Of a stretch of DNA of 64,000 nucleotides, positions 9,688 to 17,878 are shown piece by piece. Below the pieces are notes generated by a model, which saw nothing but the letters and a program-made list of their open reading frames with translations, was not told where the DNA came from and ran no database searches. The stretch spans positions 11,731-75,730 of the forward strand of contig CAXBMO010000031.1 of assembly GCA_963977015.1 (NCBI GenBank), given 5' to 3'. A program made the position numbers and the translations under genes. Numbering within the stretch: the stretch's first letter is position 1; the number at the start of each line of letters is the position of its first letter. The stretch comes from an uncultured bacterium. Its GTDB lineage: Bacteria; Verrucomicrobiota; Verrucomicrobiia; Verrucomicrobiales; DEV007.

Positions 9688-9702
9688 GCTAGCACGCGAA
9701 TC

Positions 9703-10201
9703 TGTCTCGCACTTTCAGCGCTCGCTATTGCGGTCATCCTGACCCAGGGCATTGCTCGCCCAAGGCTCGCATCCCCTGGGCTACCATGTCTTGGCCTTTC
9801 AGGCCTATTTCAGCGAGCCGAATCATAGGTTCGCACCTTCCTGAAGCTCTTGACCTCATCGTCACCAAATGCATTCCTCATCGAAAAAGTAGGCCTGTAA
9901 GGCCGAAATATGCCAGCCCGGGCCAAAGTGAACCGAAGCGAACGACGGCCCGGGTAACAATGCCCACCAAACAAGCGCTGAATGTGCGCGACAGGGCTAC
10001 CATGTCTTGGCCGGTTTCAGCGAGGCGAGTCATGGGTTCGCACCTTCCTGAAGCTCTTGATCTCATCGTCACCAAATTCATTCCTCATCGAAAAAATGGG
10101 CCTGCAAGGCCGAAATATGCCAGCCCGGGCCAAAGTGAGCCGAAGCGAACGACGGGTCCGGGTAACAATGCCCACCAAACAAGCGCTGAAAGTGCGGGAC
10201 A
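9703..10201. repeat. Composite REP/REPIN-like palindromic element with a ~210-bp tandem duplication
   Basis: ~9778-9993 and ~9994-10201 are near-identical; 9703-9722 is the inverted near-copy of 10182-10201; short GC hairpins such as GGCCTTTCAGGCC and CGCACTTTCAGCGC. Confidence 0.75.
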
Positions 10202-10297
10202 GTAATTAGGCTCCCGCTGGCTCCTGGCAGACATTATCCTGGTCTCGGAATCCTATCGCTTGATTCTCGGCGTCTTCTCCTCTATTCCTCCTGACAA

Positions 10298-11041
10298 ATG
10301 GCCGAAACTACCAAAGCCGATGAAACGTTGTGGCGTGCGCTGAGCGACGATGCTCGCAAATCGCTCGAGTCCCGCAGCTATGCGAAAAAAGATGTGGCGA
10401 CCGCGCTCGGCACTTCCGGAGTCGATGCTTCGCAGCTGCTCGACAACTCTGAACTTGGCGATGTCTGGATTCCTGGCGTCGAGATTTTCTCGCGACGCGT
10501 GTTTCAGCAGCGTCACCGGGGTTATTTCGCGGAGTTCTCCCGCAAAACCGATGGTCGGCTCAACGAAATCGGGATGTGGCCGCAGCAATGGGCCACCGCG
10601 CTCATGTTTGCGAACACGGCCAAGGGGTTTCACATCCATCCGCCGCACATTCCCGAAGGCGAAGAACCGGCGGCATGGTTCCAGAAGTTGTTTGTGGAGA
10701 ATCCGGACGATTATTCGGCCCGCCCCTATGACAAGGAGCAATGGGACGCGATGTTCTTCATTCGCGGAATCTGCGAGATGTTCCTGATTGACGAGCGCGA
10801 CGGCATGCCGCGTCGCAAGATGCGTTTCTTCATCGAGGGCGACCAGATGCCGGGCGCAAACAACGTTGGCGTGGTGATTCCGTCCGGGGTCGCCCATGCG
10901 CTCCGCGTCGCCAGTTCCGAAGATCTGATCATGGTTTACGGCACCAGCACGACGTTTGTTCCGGAGTTCGAAGGCCGCATCGAGAGTGGGGTCGAGCAGG
11001 ACAACATGCCGGAAGATTGGCGTCGTTATTGGGAGAAATAG
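10298..11041 (+). CDS. RmlC-like cupin (dTDP-4-dehydrorhamnose 3,5-epimerase family)
   Basis: IPGVEIF, RGYFAE, AKGFHIH and VVIPSGVAHAL motifs. Confidence 0.7.
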   Translation: MAETTKADETLWRALSDDARKSLESRSYAKKDVATALGTSGVDASQLLDNSELGDVWIPGVEIFSRRVFQQRHRGYFAEFSRKTDGRLNEIGMWPQQWATALMFANTAKGFHIHPPHIPEGEEPAAWFQKLFVENPDDYSARPYDKEQWDAMFFIRGICEMFLIDERDGMPRRKMRFFIEGDQMPGANNVGVVIPSGVAHALRVASSEDLIMVYGTSTTFVPEFEGRIESGVEQDNMPEDWRRYWEK

Positions 11042-11111
11042 GCGCTCGGAATCAGAGCTTCAACCGCCGTAATTGATGACCAGGCAGAGGATAGTCATTG
11101 GTCCGCACGAT

Positions 11112-11230
11112 CCCAGCCTGAAAGGCTGAAACATGTCAGCCCCGGCCAGAGGGCGAAACGCCCGGCGGGCCGGGGTAGAAATCGATGATGATGAGGCCTG
11201 AAAGGCCGAGACACCGGTTTTCAGCCCCTG
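11112..11230. repeat. REP-like palindromic element related to the 9.7-10.2 kb element
   Basis: CAGCCTGAAAGGCTG...AGCCCCGGCC...GGCCGGGGT...GGCCTGAAAGGCCGAGACA, between convergent genes. Confidence 0.6.
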
Positions 11231-11240
11231 CTGAGCCCTC

Positions 11241-11762
11241 CTAGTAACAACCCAACTTCCGCAGCAGCTTCCTCCCTCGCGAACGGATCGCGGCGGATCC
11301 GCCGGACATCTGCATCTCGATGATGGTGACCAGCTCCTCCTTCAATTCGGGGTAAGGCAGCACAATCTTCGTGGCGATTTCCATGCAATGGACCTTGATC
11401 GCGACCGCTGAATCCGGGTTCAGCAAATGATCCCGGCAAACGCCAAACAGCTCCCCCTGAAACGGTTCCGGAATATTCCGCGTGCTCAACACCTTCGCCA
11501 AAATGCGATGAACTCCGTTGTGATGCGAGGGACGAGCCAACTCCGAAATCGCGGCTTCAAGGTAAGGCTCCAGCAGTGCGGGATGCCCGACCATCAAATG
11601 ATCAATGAGCCAGGCCGCTCTCGGCGAAAGAACCGCGTCCCCGGCGACGACGAGTTGCCAAGCCTCGTCAAATCGCGCTGGATCATCGCCCATCTCTTCC
11701 GCGAGTTGCTCGGTCTCAGCTTTGGGGAGTCGTCTTCGTAGAATGCTTCGAAGATCCTTCAT
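11241..11762 (-). CDS. Hypothetical helical-repeat (HEAT/ARM-like) protein
   Basis: Start reassigned to MKDLRSIL; RAAWLIDH, AVAIKVHCME and SAAIRSRGRKLL blocks; co-oriented with the upstream dehydrogenase. Confidence 0.6.
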   Translation of the reverse strand: MKDLRSILRRRLPKAETEQLAEEMGDDPARFDEAWQLVVAGDAVLSPRAAWLIDHLMVGHPALLEPYLEAAISELARPSHHNGVHRILAKVLSTRNIPEPFQGELFGVCRDHLLNPDSAVAIKVHCMEIATKIVLPYPELKEELVTIIEMQMSGGSAAIRSRGRKLLRKLGCY

Positions 11763-11769
11763 CGTCACG

Positions 11770-12669
11770 TTAGAGCGTCTCCTGATACATGCGGAAAATG
11801 CCGCTGTGGTCGACCGCTTCCCCGCCCCATTGCTCCACCATCTCCTCCCACAGCTCCACGTTGCGGAAGAGCATCGGTAGCTCGATTCCCGCTTCTTTGG
11901 CGACCTCGCGCGCCTCGCGAACATCCTTCAACTGATAGGCCGCCTTTCCCCCGGGCTCAAAACTCCCCGTCACCATTCGCTCGCCGTGCTCCGCCAGAAT
12001 CCGGCTTTCGGCGAACCCACCGCGAATCGCATCGCGCACCTTGCCGGGATCAACTCCCGCCTTCTCCGCCAGGATCAACGCTTCCGCCACGGCGGCGACG
12101 GTAATCCCGACAATCGTCTGATTGGCCAGCTTGCAAATCTGCCCCGAGCCGACGGGCCCCAAGTGCGTGATCTGGCGTCCCATCACCTCCAGGATCGGCG
12201 TTGCCCGCGCAAAATCTTCCGGCTCACCTCCCGCCATGATCGAAAGCGTCGCCTCTTTCGCACCCACCTCACCACCGGAGACCGGCGCGTCGACGTAGCC
12301 GCAGCCCTTCTCCCGCAGCCTCCCGGCGACTTCGCGCGTTTTCGCCAGCCCCGTTGTGCTCATGTCAATCACCAGCGTTCCCGGCTCAATCGCCTCCGCG
12401 AGCCCGCCCTCCCCCAGCATCACGGCATCGACCGCCGGGGTATTCGTCAACATCGTGATGATCACACCGCCCGGAACCTGTCGCGCCACCTCAGCCGCGG
12501 AATCCGCACCTTTCGCACCCTCGCATTTCGCCAGAAACCGCTCCGTTTTCGCGGCACTTCGATTCTGCACCACCAGACTCGCCCCGGTCGCGTGAAGATG
12601 TTTCGCCATCGGCATCCCCATGACCCCCAGACCGATGAATCCCAGTGAATGATCAATCTTTGCAGCCAT
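11770..12669 (-). CDS. NAD(P)-dependent beta-hydroxyacid dehydrogenase (GarR/MmsB family)
   Basis: GFIGLGVMGMPM, DAPVSGG, GSGQICKLANQ. Confidence 0.88.
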   Translation of the reverse strand: MAAKIDHSLGFIGLGVMGMPMAKHLHATGASLVVQNRSAAKTERFLAKCEGAKGADSAAEVARQVPGGVIITMLTNTPAVDAVMLGEGGLAEAIEPGTLVIDMSTTGLAKTREVAGRLREKGCGYVDAPVSGGEVGAKEATLSIMAGGEPEDFARATPILEVMGRQITHLGPVGSGQICKLANQTIVGITVAAVAEALILAEKAGVDPGKVRDAIRGGFAESRILAEHGERMVTGSFEPGGKAAYQLKDVREAREVAKEAGIELPMLFRNVELWEEMVEQWGGEAVDHSGIFRMYQETL

Positions 12670-12677
12670 GACATTCT

Positions 12678-13592
12678 TTATTGGCTCTGCGATTGCCCTG
12701 TCTTGGAAGGCTCCGCTTCCGGCACGGAAAACTCGACGCCGACGGTAAGCCCAACGTAGGCATTGGCCGGCCCGACAAACTTCCCGCTGATGGGCATGAC
12801 GCCGCGGGGATGATGGCTGGTTCCCGTCACAATGTGCCGATGACCGCAGGGTTTCCCGCTCGTGGGATCAAAGCCGCGCCAGCCAACTTTCGGGAAATAC
12901 ACCTCCGCCCAGGCATGGGTGCTGCCCCGCGCCGCCCGCGTTGCGTCACAATCCAGATACCCGCTCGCGAACCGGGCCGCAATACCCAGGCAACGCAGGC
13001 TCTCCATCATCAGCGTCGCAAAATCCCGGCACGAGCCACTCCCCAGGGCCAAGGTCTCACCTGGAGTTTGCACCCCCGTCTGCTCTCTGCGTTGATACTC
13101 AAACGACTCAAAAATCACTTCGGCCAGGTGAATGGCGAACGCCTCCGCAGTCGGGAACGTTCCCGGCCCGGGCAGCGTACTCACCCAACGAAGCACAGCG
13201 GCATAGTCCTCGTGATACACCGGCGCCAGGTAACCGGCGAGGATGCCCTGCTCCAACTCATCGTAGGTGAAGGGGTAGGGATCAGCCACGTGACTCAGGT
13301 GCGGCGGCGATTGGGGATCGAAGAACCGCCGTACCACGACATCGCTCGATACGAGCAACTCCTTGGCGGAATCCGAGAAATGGAGGTAGGCGACCGAGTT
13401 CCCAAACACATCGCGCGTCCATGAAAGCGACGCCTTTGGCTCCACCAACAACTTGAGCGACTCGACCCGCAGGTCATGCCCTTCCCGTGGTCGAAGCACC
13501 AGGCGATGCGTCCCGAACGTTACCGGAAACGCGTAGCGATAGCGCGTGCGATGCTGGATCCGCAATAAGTGACTCTCTCGTTCTTCGCTCAT
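12678..13592 (-). CDS. Transglutaminase family protein with bacterial transglutaminase N-terminal domain
   Basis: IQHRTRYRY N-terminus; GSCRDFA, ARFASGYL, HAWAEVY, GWRGFDPT. Confidence 0.88.
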   Translation of the reverse strand: MSEERESHLLRIQHRTRYRYAFPVTFGTHRLVLRPREGHDLRVESLKLLVEPKASLSWTRDVFGNSVAYLHFSDSAKELLVSSDVVVRRFFDPQSPPHLSHVADPYPFTYDELEQGILAGYLAPVYHEDYAAVLRWVSTLPGPGTFPTAEAFAIHLAEVIFESFEYQRREQTGVQTPGETLALGSGSCRDFATLMMESLRCLGIAARFASGYLDCDATRAARGSTHAWAEVYFPKVGWRGFDPTSGKPCGHRHIVTGTSHHPRGVMPISGKFVGPANAYVGLTVGVEFSVPEAEPSKTGQSQSQ

Positions 13593-14431
13593 GGTTCCAA
13601 TAATACAGCCTTCCCTTCAAGCTCATCCCTCCCCATCGGCTGATAGTCTGCCGACGTGCACGACACCTGCATCGACTCCAGTTCCATCGAACCAAAAATC
13701 GTCGCGGACGACGCATCCGCCGCGTCACGCCCCGTCGCGATCCTCACCAGCCCGTTTGGCGAAGAGAGACGCGTCGGGTCAAACACAAACCACTGGTTCC
13801 CCACACACGCCTCAAAGCAGGCGTGAAAGTCGGGCGGTTGCAAATCGCAGGCATAGCCGGTGAAATAGCGCGCGGGAATCGATAGCGCGCGGCACAGGGC
13901 AATCGACAGGTGCGCGAAATCGCGGCAAACCCCGGCCCGGTCCGTAATCGTGTCGCTGGCCGACGTCCCCGCATCGGTCGAGCCCGAAACATAGTCGACA
14001 TTCTCATACACCCAGTCGGAAATGGCGCTCGCCTGCGCCAGGGGATGATCAATGTGGCCAAAATGCTTCGACGCAAACAGCCCCAGCCGGTCAGACTGGC
14101 AATAGCGGCTCGGGAAGAGATAACGCAGGGACAAACGCGACAGTTTCGTGATCGGAACGCTGTGAATGTCGCGAACCAGGCGCGAATCCGGATTCGTCGC
14201 CGCCGTCACCTCATAGGTAATCGTCAACCGCGTCAAATCTCCGGTATCGATCCTCACATACCGGTTTTGTCCCGTCTGGATCGGGAAAAAATCGCACTCC
14301 GCCCCCTGCGTCACCGTAAAGTTTTCGTCCGTCAGGGTCTGGTTACCGGTCGATAGCGCATGAAGATTCAGCAGCATCGTGCTGCGGTAGTTCACCTTGT
14401 AGTGAAGGTTGGCTGCAATCTGAAAAGACAT
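13589..14431 (-). CDS. Transglutaminase family protein
   Basis: YLFPSRYCQSD, GVCRDFAHL, DFHACFE, FDPT, ATGRDAAD. Confidence 0.88.
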   Translation of the reverse strand: MSFQIAANLHYKVNYRSTMLLNLHALSTGNQTLTDENFTVTQGAECDFFPIQTGQNRYVRIDTGDLTRLTITYEVTAATNPDSRLVRDIHSVPITKLSRLSLRYLFPSRYCQSDRLGLFASKHFGHIDHPLAQASAISDWVYENVDYVSGSTDAGTSASDTITDRAGVCRDFAHLSIALCRALSIPARYFTGYACDLQPPDFHACFEACVGNQWFVFDPTRLSSPNGLVRIATGRDAADASSATIFGSMELESMQVSCTSADYQPMGRDELEGKAVLLEP

Positions 14432-14573
14432 CGCCCTATCATCGTTCCTTCCGGAATGGGGTAAAGGTAAGAATCGAAAACAAACGCAGGGTTCGGAACC
14501 CTCAGATTTCAGCCGACTTCAGCCCTCGCTCCCCTTTTGCCTTGCGCCTTTCCGCTCCGCCCCATATTTCAGA

Positions 14574-14747
14574 ATGGCCAAGACCCTTTGTGACTACGCA
14601 AAACGTGACCTGGAGAAATACTCGGAAAAACTCCGGGACGGCGCCGCGCCCGAATACCTCTGCAAAAAATGCGCCCGCGTAGCCCACCAAAAGAAGCTAC
14701 TCTGCAAGGCCACCACCTTCCGCCAACGTTTGGCACCTCGAAACTAA
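14574..14747 (+). CDS. Small basic Cys-rich protein (57 aa, below the ORF-track cutoff)
   Basis: Manual translation MAKTLCDYAKRDLEKYSEKLRDGAAPEYLCKKCARVAHQKKLLCKATTFRQRLAPRN; four Cys including CxxC. Confidence 0.6.
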   Translation: MAKTLCDYAKRDLEKYSEKLRDGAAPEYLCKKCARVAHQKKLLCKATTFRQRLAPRN

Positions 14748-14844
14748 AAAGCAGGCGCAACAAGCCCCAATCAACCAAAAGAAGACCCAGGGGGCGAACG
14801 CACGATAGAAAGTCAACACCGCCTCCTGGCCTGCTTGATTGTCA

Positions 14845-15136
14845 GCTGCGTTTGGGAATCCGCCGAGACGAAGTTCACCTCGCCAGTAGAAGCCGAAAAG
14901 GGCCATGGCGGATGAGCCAGAACAGGATCGTGCAACGCGTGATGACTGTGGCATGGCTGAGCCAACAGGGAGTGCCATCGATCGAACAAATGTGGATCTC
15001 CATTCGCTACCCGGACGGACCCAAGAAAGTGCCGAAAGGCAAGTCCGCTAAAGCATGACGAATCGGAACCGCCGGCTACGGCCCCGTACGGCCGGTGATG
15101 TGGGGGGCTGAAGTTCGAACCTTCAGCCTACCCGAT
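14845..15136 (+). mobile_element. 5'-truncated group IIC (attC-targeting type) intron: maturase C-terminus plus domains V and VI
   Basis: LRLGIRRDEVHLASRSRKGPWRMSQNRIVQRVMTVAWLSQQGVPSIEQMWISIRYP (stop 15058); DV GAACCGCCGGCTACGGCCCCGTACGGCCGGTGATGT with CGC triad; DVI GGCTGAAG...CTTCAGCC ending TACCCGAT. Confidence 0.8.
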
Positions 15137-15196
15137 TAGCCCTACCCGATTAGCCCTACCCGATTAGCCCTACTCCATTTGCCCTACTCCATTTGC
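15127..15196 (+). repeat. 5 x 14-nt tandem repeat at the intron/cassette junction
   Basis: 3 x CCTACCCGATTAGC followed by 2 x CCTACTCCATTTGC. Confidence 0.9.
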
Positions 15197-15783
15197 CGGA
15201 ACCAATCACGCAATGAAAGCTGAAGGCGTAAAACCTCATCTTCAGCAAGCGGGCTGCAATGAGCAATAGGACCGCGAAGCGAATTCAGATTTCCCATGAT
15301 CCGCTCTACCGCCTTCGTGCTGGTAAGAATCCCTCCAAATAGATCCCAATTGCCGGTGATGATACCAGAAAGCTCGCCAAAGGTTGTGAAGTCTAGTGGA
15401 TCGTCCGAGCGAACGGTCATTCCGCTGTCCTTTTCTCGTTTGATCCTTTTCTTCACTTCGCCCTGAAGATGTTGGTTTACCCGTGAACCATCCCACCAAT
15501 TGGCTCCTTCGGTATCTTCCAATGTGTCCGATATTAACTCTCGAATGCTCTTCTCTAGACAGTAAAAAATCTGGTAGTGCCTAGCCATCTCGGCGGCTTC
15601 CTTCCGCACTGCCCGATCAAACTGTGAGTAGTACTGCTGCTGCTCCTCTGATGTTGAGCCTTCAGTGGTGTGCCCGAGTTCAATATCCTGCTCCCGCTCA
15701 ACTCTGACGAGATCCTCGGCGATGAGCTGATTTGTCATCCCGAACACCTTGATTGCTGCTTCCTTTTTGCTAGTCGAGCTCAT
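15184..15783 (-). CDS. Swt1-like HEPN domain protein (putative RNase)
   Basis: FYCLEKSIRELI..L, NWW, DFTTFGEL..II..NWDLF and the Rx4H motif RGPIAH. Confidence 0.75.
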   Translation of the reverse strand: MSSTSKKEAAIKVFGMTNQLIAEDLVRVEREQDIELGHTTEGSTSEEQQQYYSQFDRAVRKEAAEMARHYQIFYCLEKSIRELISDTLEDTEGANWWDGSRVNQHLQGEVKKRIKREKDSGMTVRSDDPLDFTTFGELSGIITGNWDLFGGILTSTKAVERIMGNLNSLRGPIAHCSPLAEDEVLRLQLSLRDWFRQME

Positions 15784-16423
15784 CACCGTCGAGAAGATTT
15801 TCCTTAAGGCTTTTGAATATCGCGTTGAAGACAGATATGTCAGACGTGGCCGGTAGGTTGAGGTTAATCGTGTATGATAGATTCATGCCGACACGATTTG
15901 AAGAGCTTGGGTTGTTTCCGACTTGGCGGTGGGGTTGAGGAAGCGTTATTGGACTCTGAATCGGCGAAGTCGACTCTTCCGCCGGAGCAGTGGTGCCCTC
16001 AAAATCAGCCAACTCCCGCAGATTTTTGTAGGTCCGAAGAATCAGAGATACAACATTCGAATCCGATTCTTGACCAGTCACTTGGACAACCAATCCCTTG
16101 AGTTCAGAGTCATTCAACTCGTGTGCATACTCGTTTGAGTCGTAGAGCGATTTGTACCCGAAGCGGATCGCCTCAGCGATTGCTGACCCAGCCTCGCTTG
16201 GGTTGCGGTAGCGGGTGTAAATGTCTGAGGGAGTTCCATCAGAATTCACAAATCCAATTTTCTTGAGAAAGGGGACAAGAGCGCGACCGCTTCCGCCCTT
16301 CATCGCAAGCTTGGTATTCACGAAATCCCCAGTCACCTTGCCGGGTGTCGCGGCATTGCTAATCTTCTCTAGGCACGTAGTAATCGTCCCTGGTGCTGCA
16401 AGATACGGTAGTGTGTCTGCCAT
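15770..16423 (-). CDS. DUF5343-like protein
   Basis: PYL..PG, ATPGKVT.DF, LKKIGFVNSDGTPS..Y..YR; C-terminal LSYTINLNLPATSDISVFNAIFKSLKENL; overlaps the HEPN gene by 14 nt. Confidence 0.72.
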   Translation of the reverse strand: MADTLPYLAAPGTITTCLEKISNAATPGKVTGDFVNTKLAMKGGSGRALVPFLKKIGFVNSDGTPSDIYTRYRNPSEAGSAIAEAIRFGYKSLYDSNEYAHELNDSELKGLVVQVTGQESDSNVVSLILRTYKNLRELADFEGTTAPAEESTSPIQSPITLPQPHRQVGNNPSSSNRVGMNLSYTINLNLPATSDISVFNAIFKSLKENLLDGDELD

Positions 16424-16433
16424 AATTTTTTGA

Positions 16434-16561
16434 GGCTAACGTCCAGGAACAGCCGCCGTCACCCGGAAAGCGCGCTTCGCTCCATTGATAAATTTCTAAT
16501 TACATTCCGCTTTTCTACACAGATCGCGGGTGAAAGGTCGGCCTGCTTCCTCTTGTTAGGT
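16434..16561 (-). other. Integron attC site (128 bp)
   Basis: Minus strand: R'' ACCTAAC (contains the upstream gene's TAA), L'' GGAAGCAGGCCG pairing with L' CGGCTGTTCC with extrahelical Gs, inner TCACCCG/CGGGTGA stem, R' GTTAGCC. Confidence 0.82.
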
Positions 16562-16864
16562 GTTTTGTTGGCCGACTGATTCGACCATATCATCAAAGAA
16601 ACAACTCACTCGCTTTTTCCACTTTAGTTGTAGTTTTTCGTTTGCCTTCTTGAAGTCGTTGGGAGGGTTTCCCTTCCCCTTGAATTCTGCGTAAAAAATT
16701 TCGACGACAGGTCGATCATCTTCTCCGATTCCACTGATCAGTCTTTTCGCATGCCTTTCCCAACCGGATCTGGCGTCCAAACTTAAATCCTTCCAATCTA
16801 CAGTATGGTATCCAAATCCAGCAAAGTGATAGTTCAGTAATTCTCCAATTGTTTTTCTCATCAT
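16556..16864 (-). CDS. Hypothetical protein (integron cassette 2)
   Basis: 102-aa AT-rich ORF lying between two attC sites; stop codon falls inside R''. Confidence 0.6.
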   Translation of the reverse strand: MMRKTIGELLNYHFAGFGYHTVDWKDLSLDARSGWERHAKRLISGIGEDDRPVVEIFYAEFKGKGNPPNDFKKANEKLQLKWKKRVSCFFDDMVESVGQQNT

Positions 16865-16914
16865 TTAGATTGTTAATTCCCCAACTTTCGACTCATTCCC
16901 TTTTTATCTTCTTC

Positions 16915-17040
16915 GCCTAATCGTCGAAGTCATCCTACACCTGACCGAGGGCGCGCTCCGAAATCTGGGTTGATGGATGGATGGTCATGATGCTCTCGAC
17001 TCGGGGTGGGTCTGGCGTTAGGATCGACGCCTTGTTAGGC
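16915..17040 (-). other. Integron attC site (126 bp) with a one-base insertion in R'
   Basis: Minus strand: R'' GCCTAAC (contains the DUF4145 stop), L'' GTCGATCCTA pairing with L' TAGGATGAC with an extra G, R' reads GATTAGGC. Confidence 0.78.
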
Positions 17041-17697
17041 GCATTCAGCCTCGGGGGACTTCGCCTTGATGTTTTCCAGAAGCTGCTCGACACGGGCGAC
17101 CTGCATTGGCGCTGAATAGACATATTCAAGCACGGCCTGACAAAGTGCGGCCAGAACTGGAACCTCATCGTCCGTTAGTTCGCCTAAATCTGCGTGCGCT
17201 CCGACATTTCGTAGTTGCCGGAGTTTGTGAGCCATGTCGGCTAGATTCTTTGGAATCTCGTTGCGAGTTGCGAGATCCTCCAATCTCTTATGGAGAATAT
17301 CGCCATTTGCGTTCCGATCGTCACAGACGGCGTCCAGAACTCGGCCCAGTAAGACTGCGTAGGCGTTCGCGGAGATAGTGGAAACCTGTTCGGCTGCTCT
17401 AAACTCCTTTTCGACACTGGCAGGAAGGCCCTCAACCCCCTTCTTCTCGTTGGGATAAATTACTTTGCCATGCCAATCCTCTCGGTCCATTCCGTCATGC
17501 CAAAAGCCAGACCGGATAGTTACTTCTCCGCACTTCGGGCAAGACAGTACCTGGTAGATGGTTCCGGATTCATCCGGAGGGCCATCTTCTCGATAATGCG
17601 TTATAGTGTCGGACACAGACCCGATAACACGCATCGCGGCAAAGTTCTGGCACCTTCGACATTCGATTTCTTCAGAATAGGTCACGCCTTTTGACAT
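17035..17697 (-). CDS. Zn-ribbon + DUF4145 (HEPN-like) protein (integron cassette 1)
   Basis: CRRC and CPKC pairs; LP..V..EF..A, NAYAVLLGRVLDAVC and LRQLRNVGAH (Rx4H). Confidence 0.78.
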   Translation of the reverse strand: MSKGVTYSEEIECRRCQNFAAMRVIGSVSDTITHYREDGPPDESGTIYQVLSCPKCGEVTIRSGFWHDGMDREDWHGKVIYPNEKKGVEGLPASVEKEFRAAEQVSTISANAYAVLLGRVLDAVCDDRNANGDILHKRLEDLATRNEIPKNLADMAHKLRQLRNVGAHADLGELTDDEVPVLAALCQAVLEYVYSAPMQVARVEQLLENIKAKSPEAECA

Positions 17698-17724
17698 AGC
17701 TGTGCGGTCTCTCTAGTTTCTTTC

Positions 17725-17795
17725 GCCTAACTGGGGCTATCCTGCATTTCTGCAGGGATATCCTTTTGTAGTCAACATTCCTGCAGGGAGATTTG
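17725..17795 (-). other. attI-like site
   Basis: GTTAGGC core at 17731-17725, the exact complement of cassette 1 R''; preceded by direct repeats CTCCCTGCAGGAATG and ATCCCTGCAGAAATG rather than an attC stem. Confidence 0.55.
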
Positions 17796-17878
17796 GATAT
17801 TGAGAGAGGGGTGCGGAGGAGGGGGATGTTGAACTTTCATGACCGGATTTTGCGAATGAGCTGCTACCTGAAGTGGGA

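Noticed and set aside
9786-10209. ORFs of 139 and 75 aa with internal repeats
   Set aside because: They are translations of the palindromic repeat element.
14669-15058. Intact 129-aa gene
   Set aside because: Only the C-terminal ~70 aa resemble an intron maturase; the N-terminal part is unrelated read-through with no RT domain.
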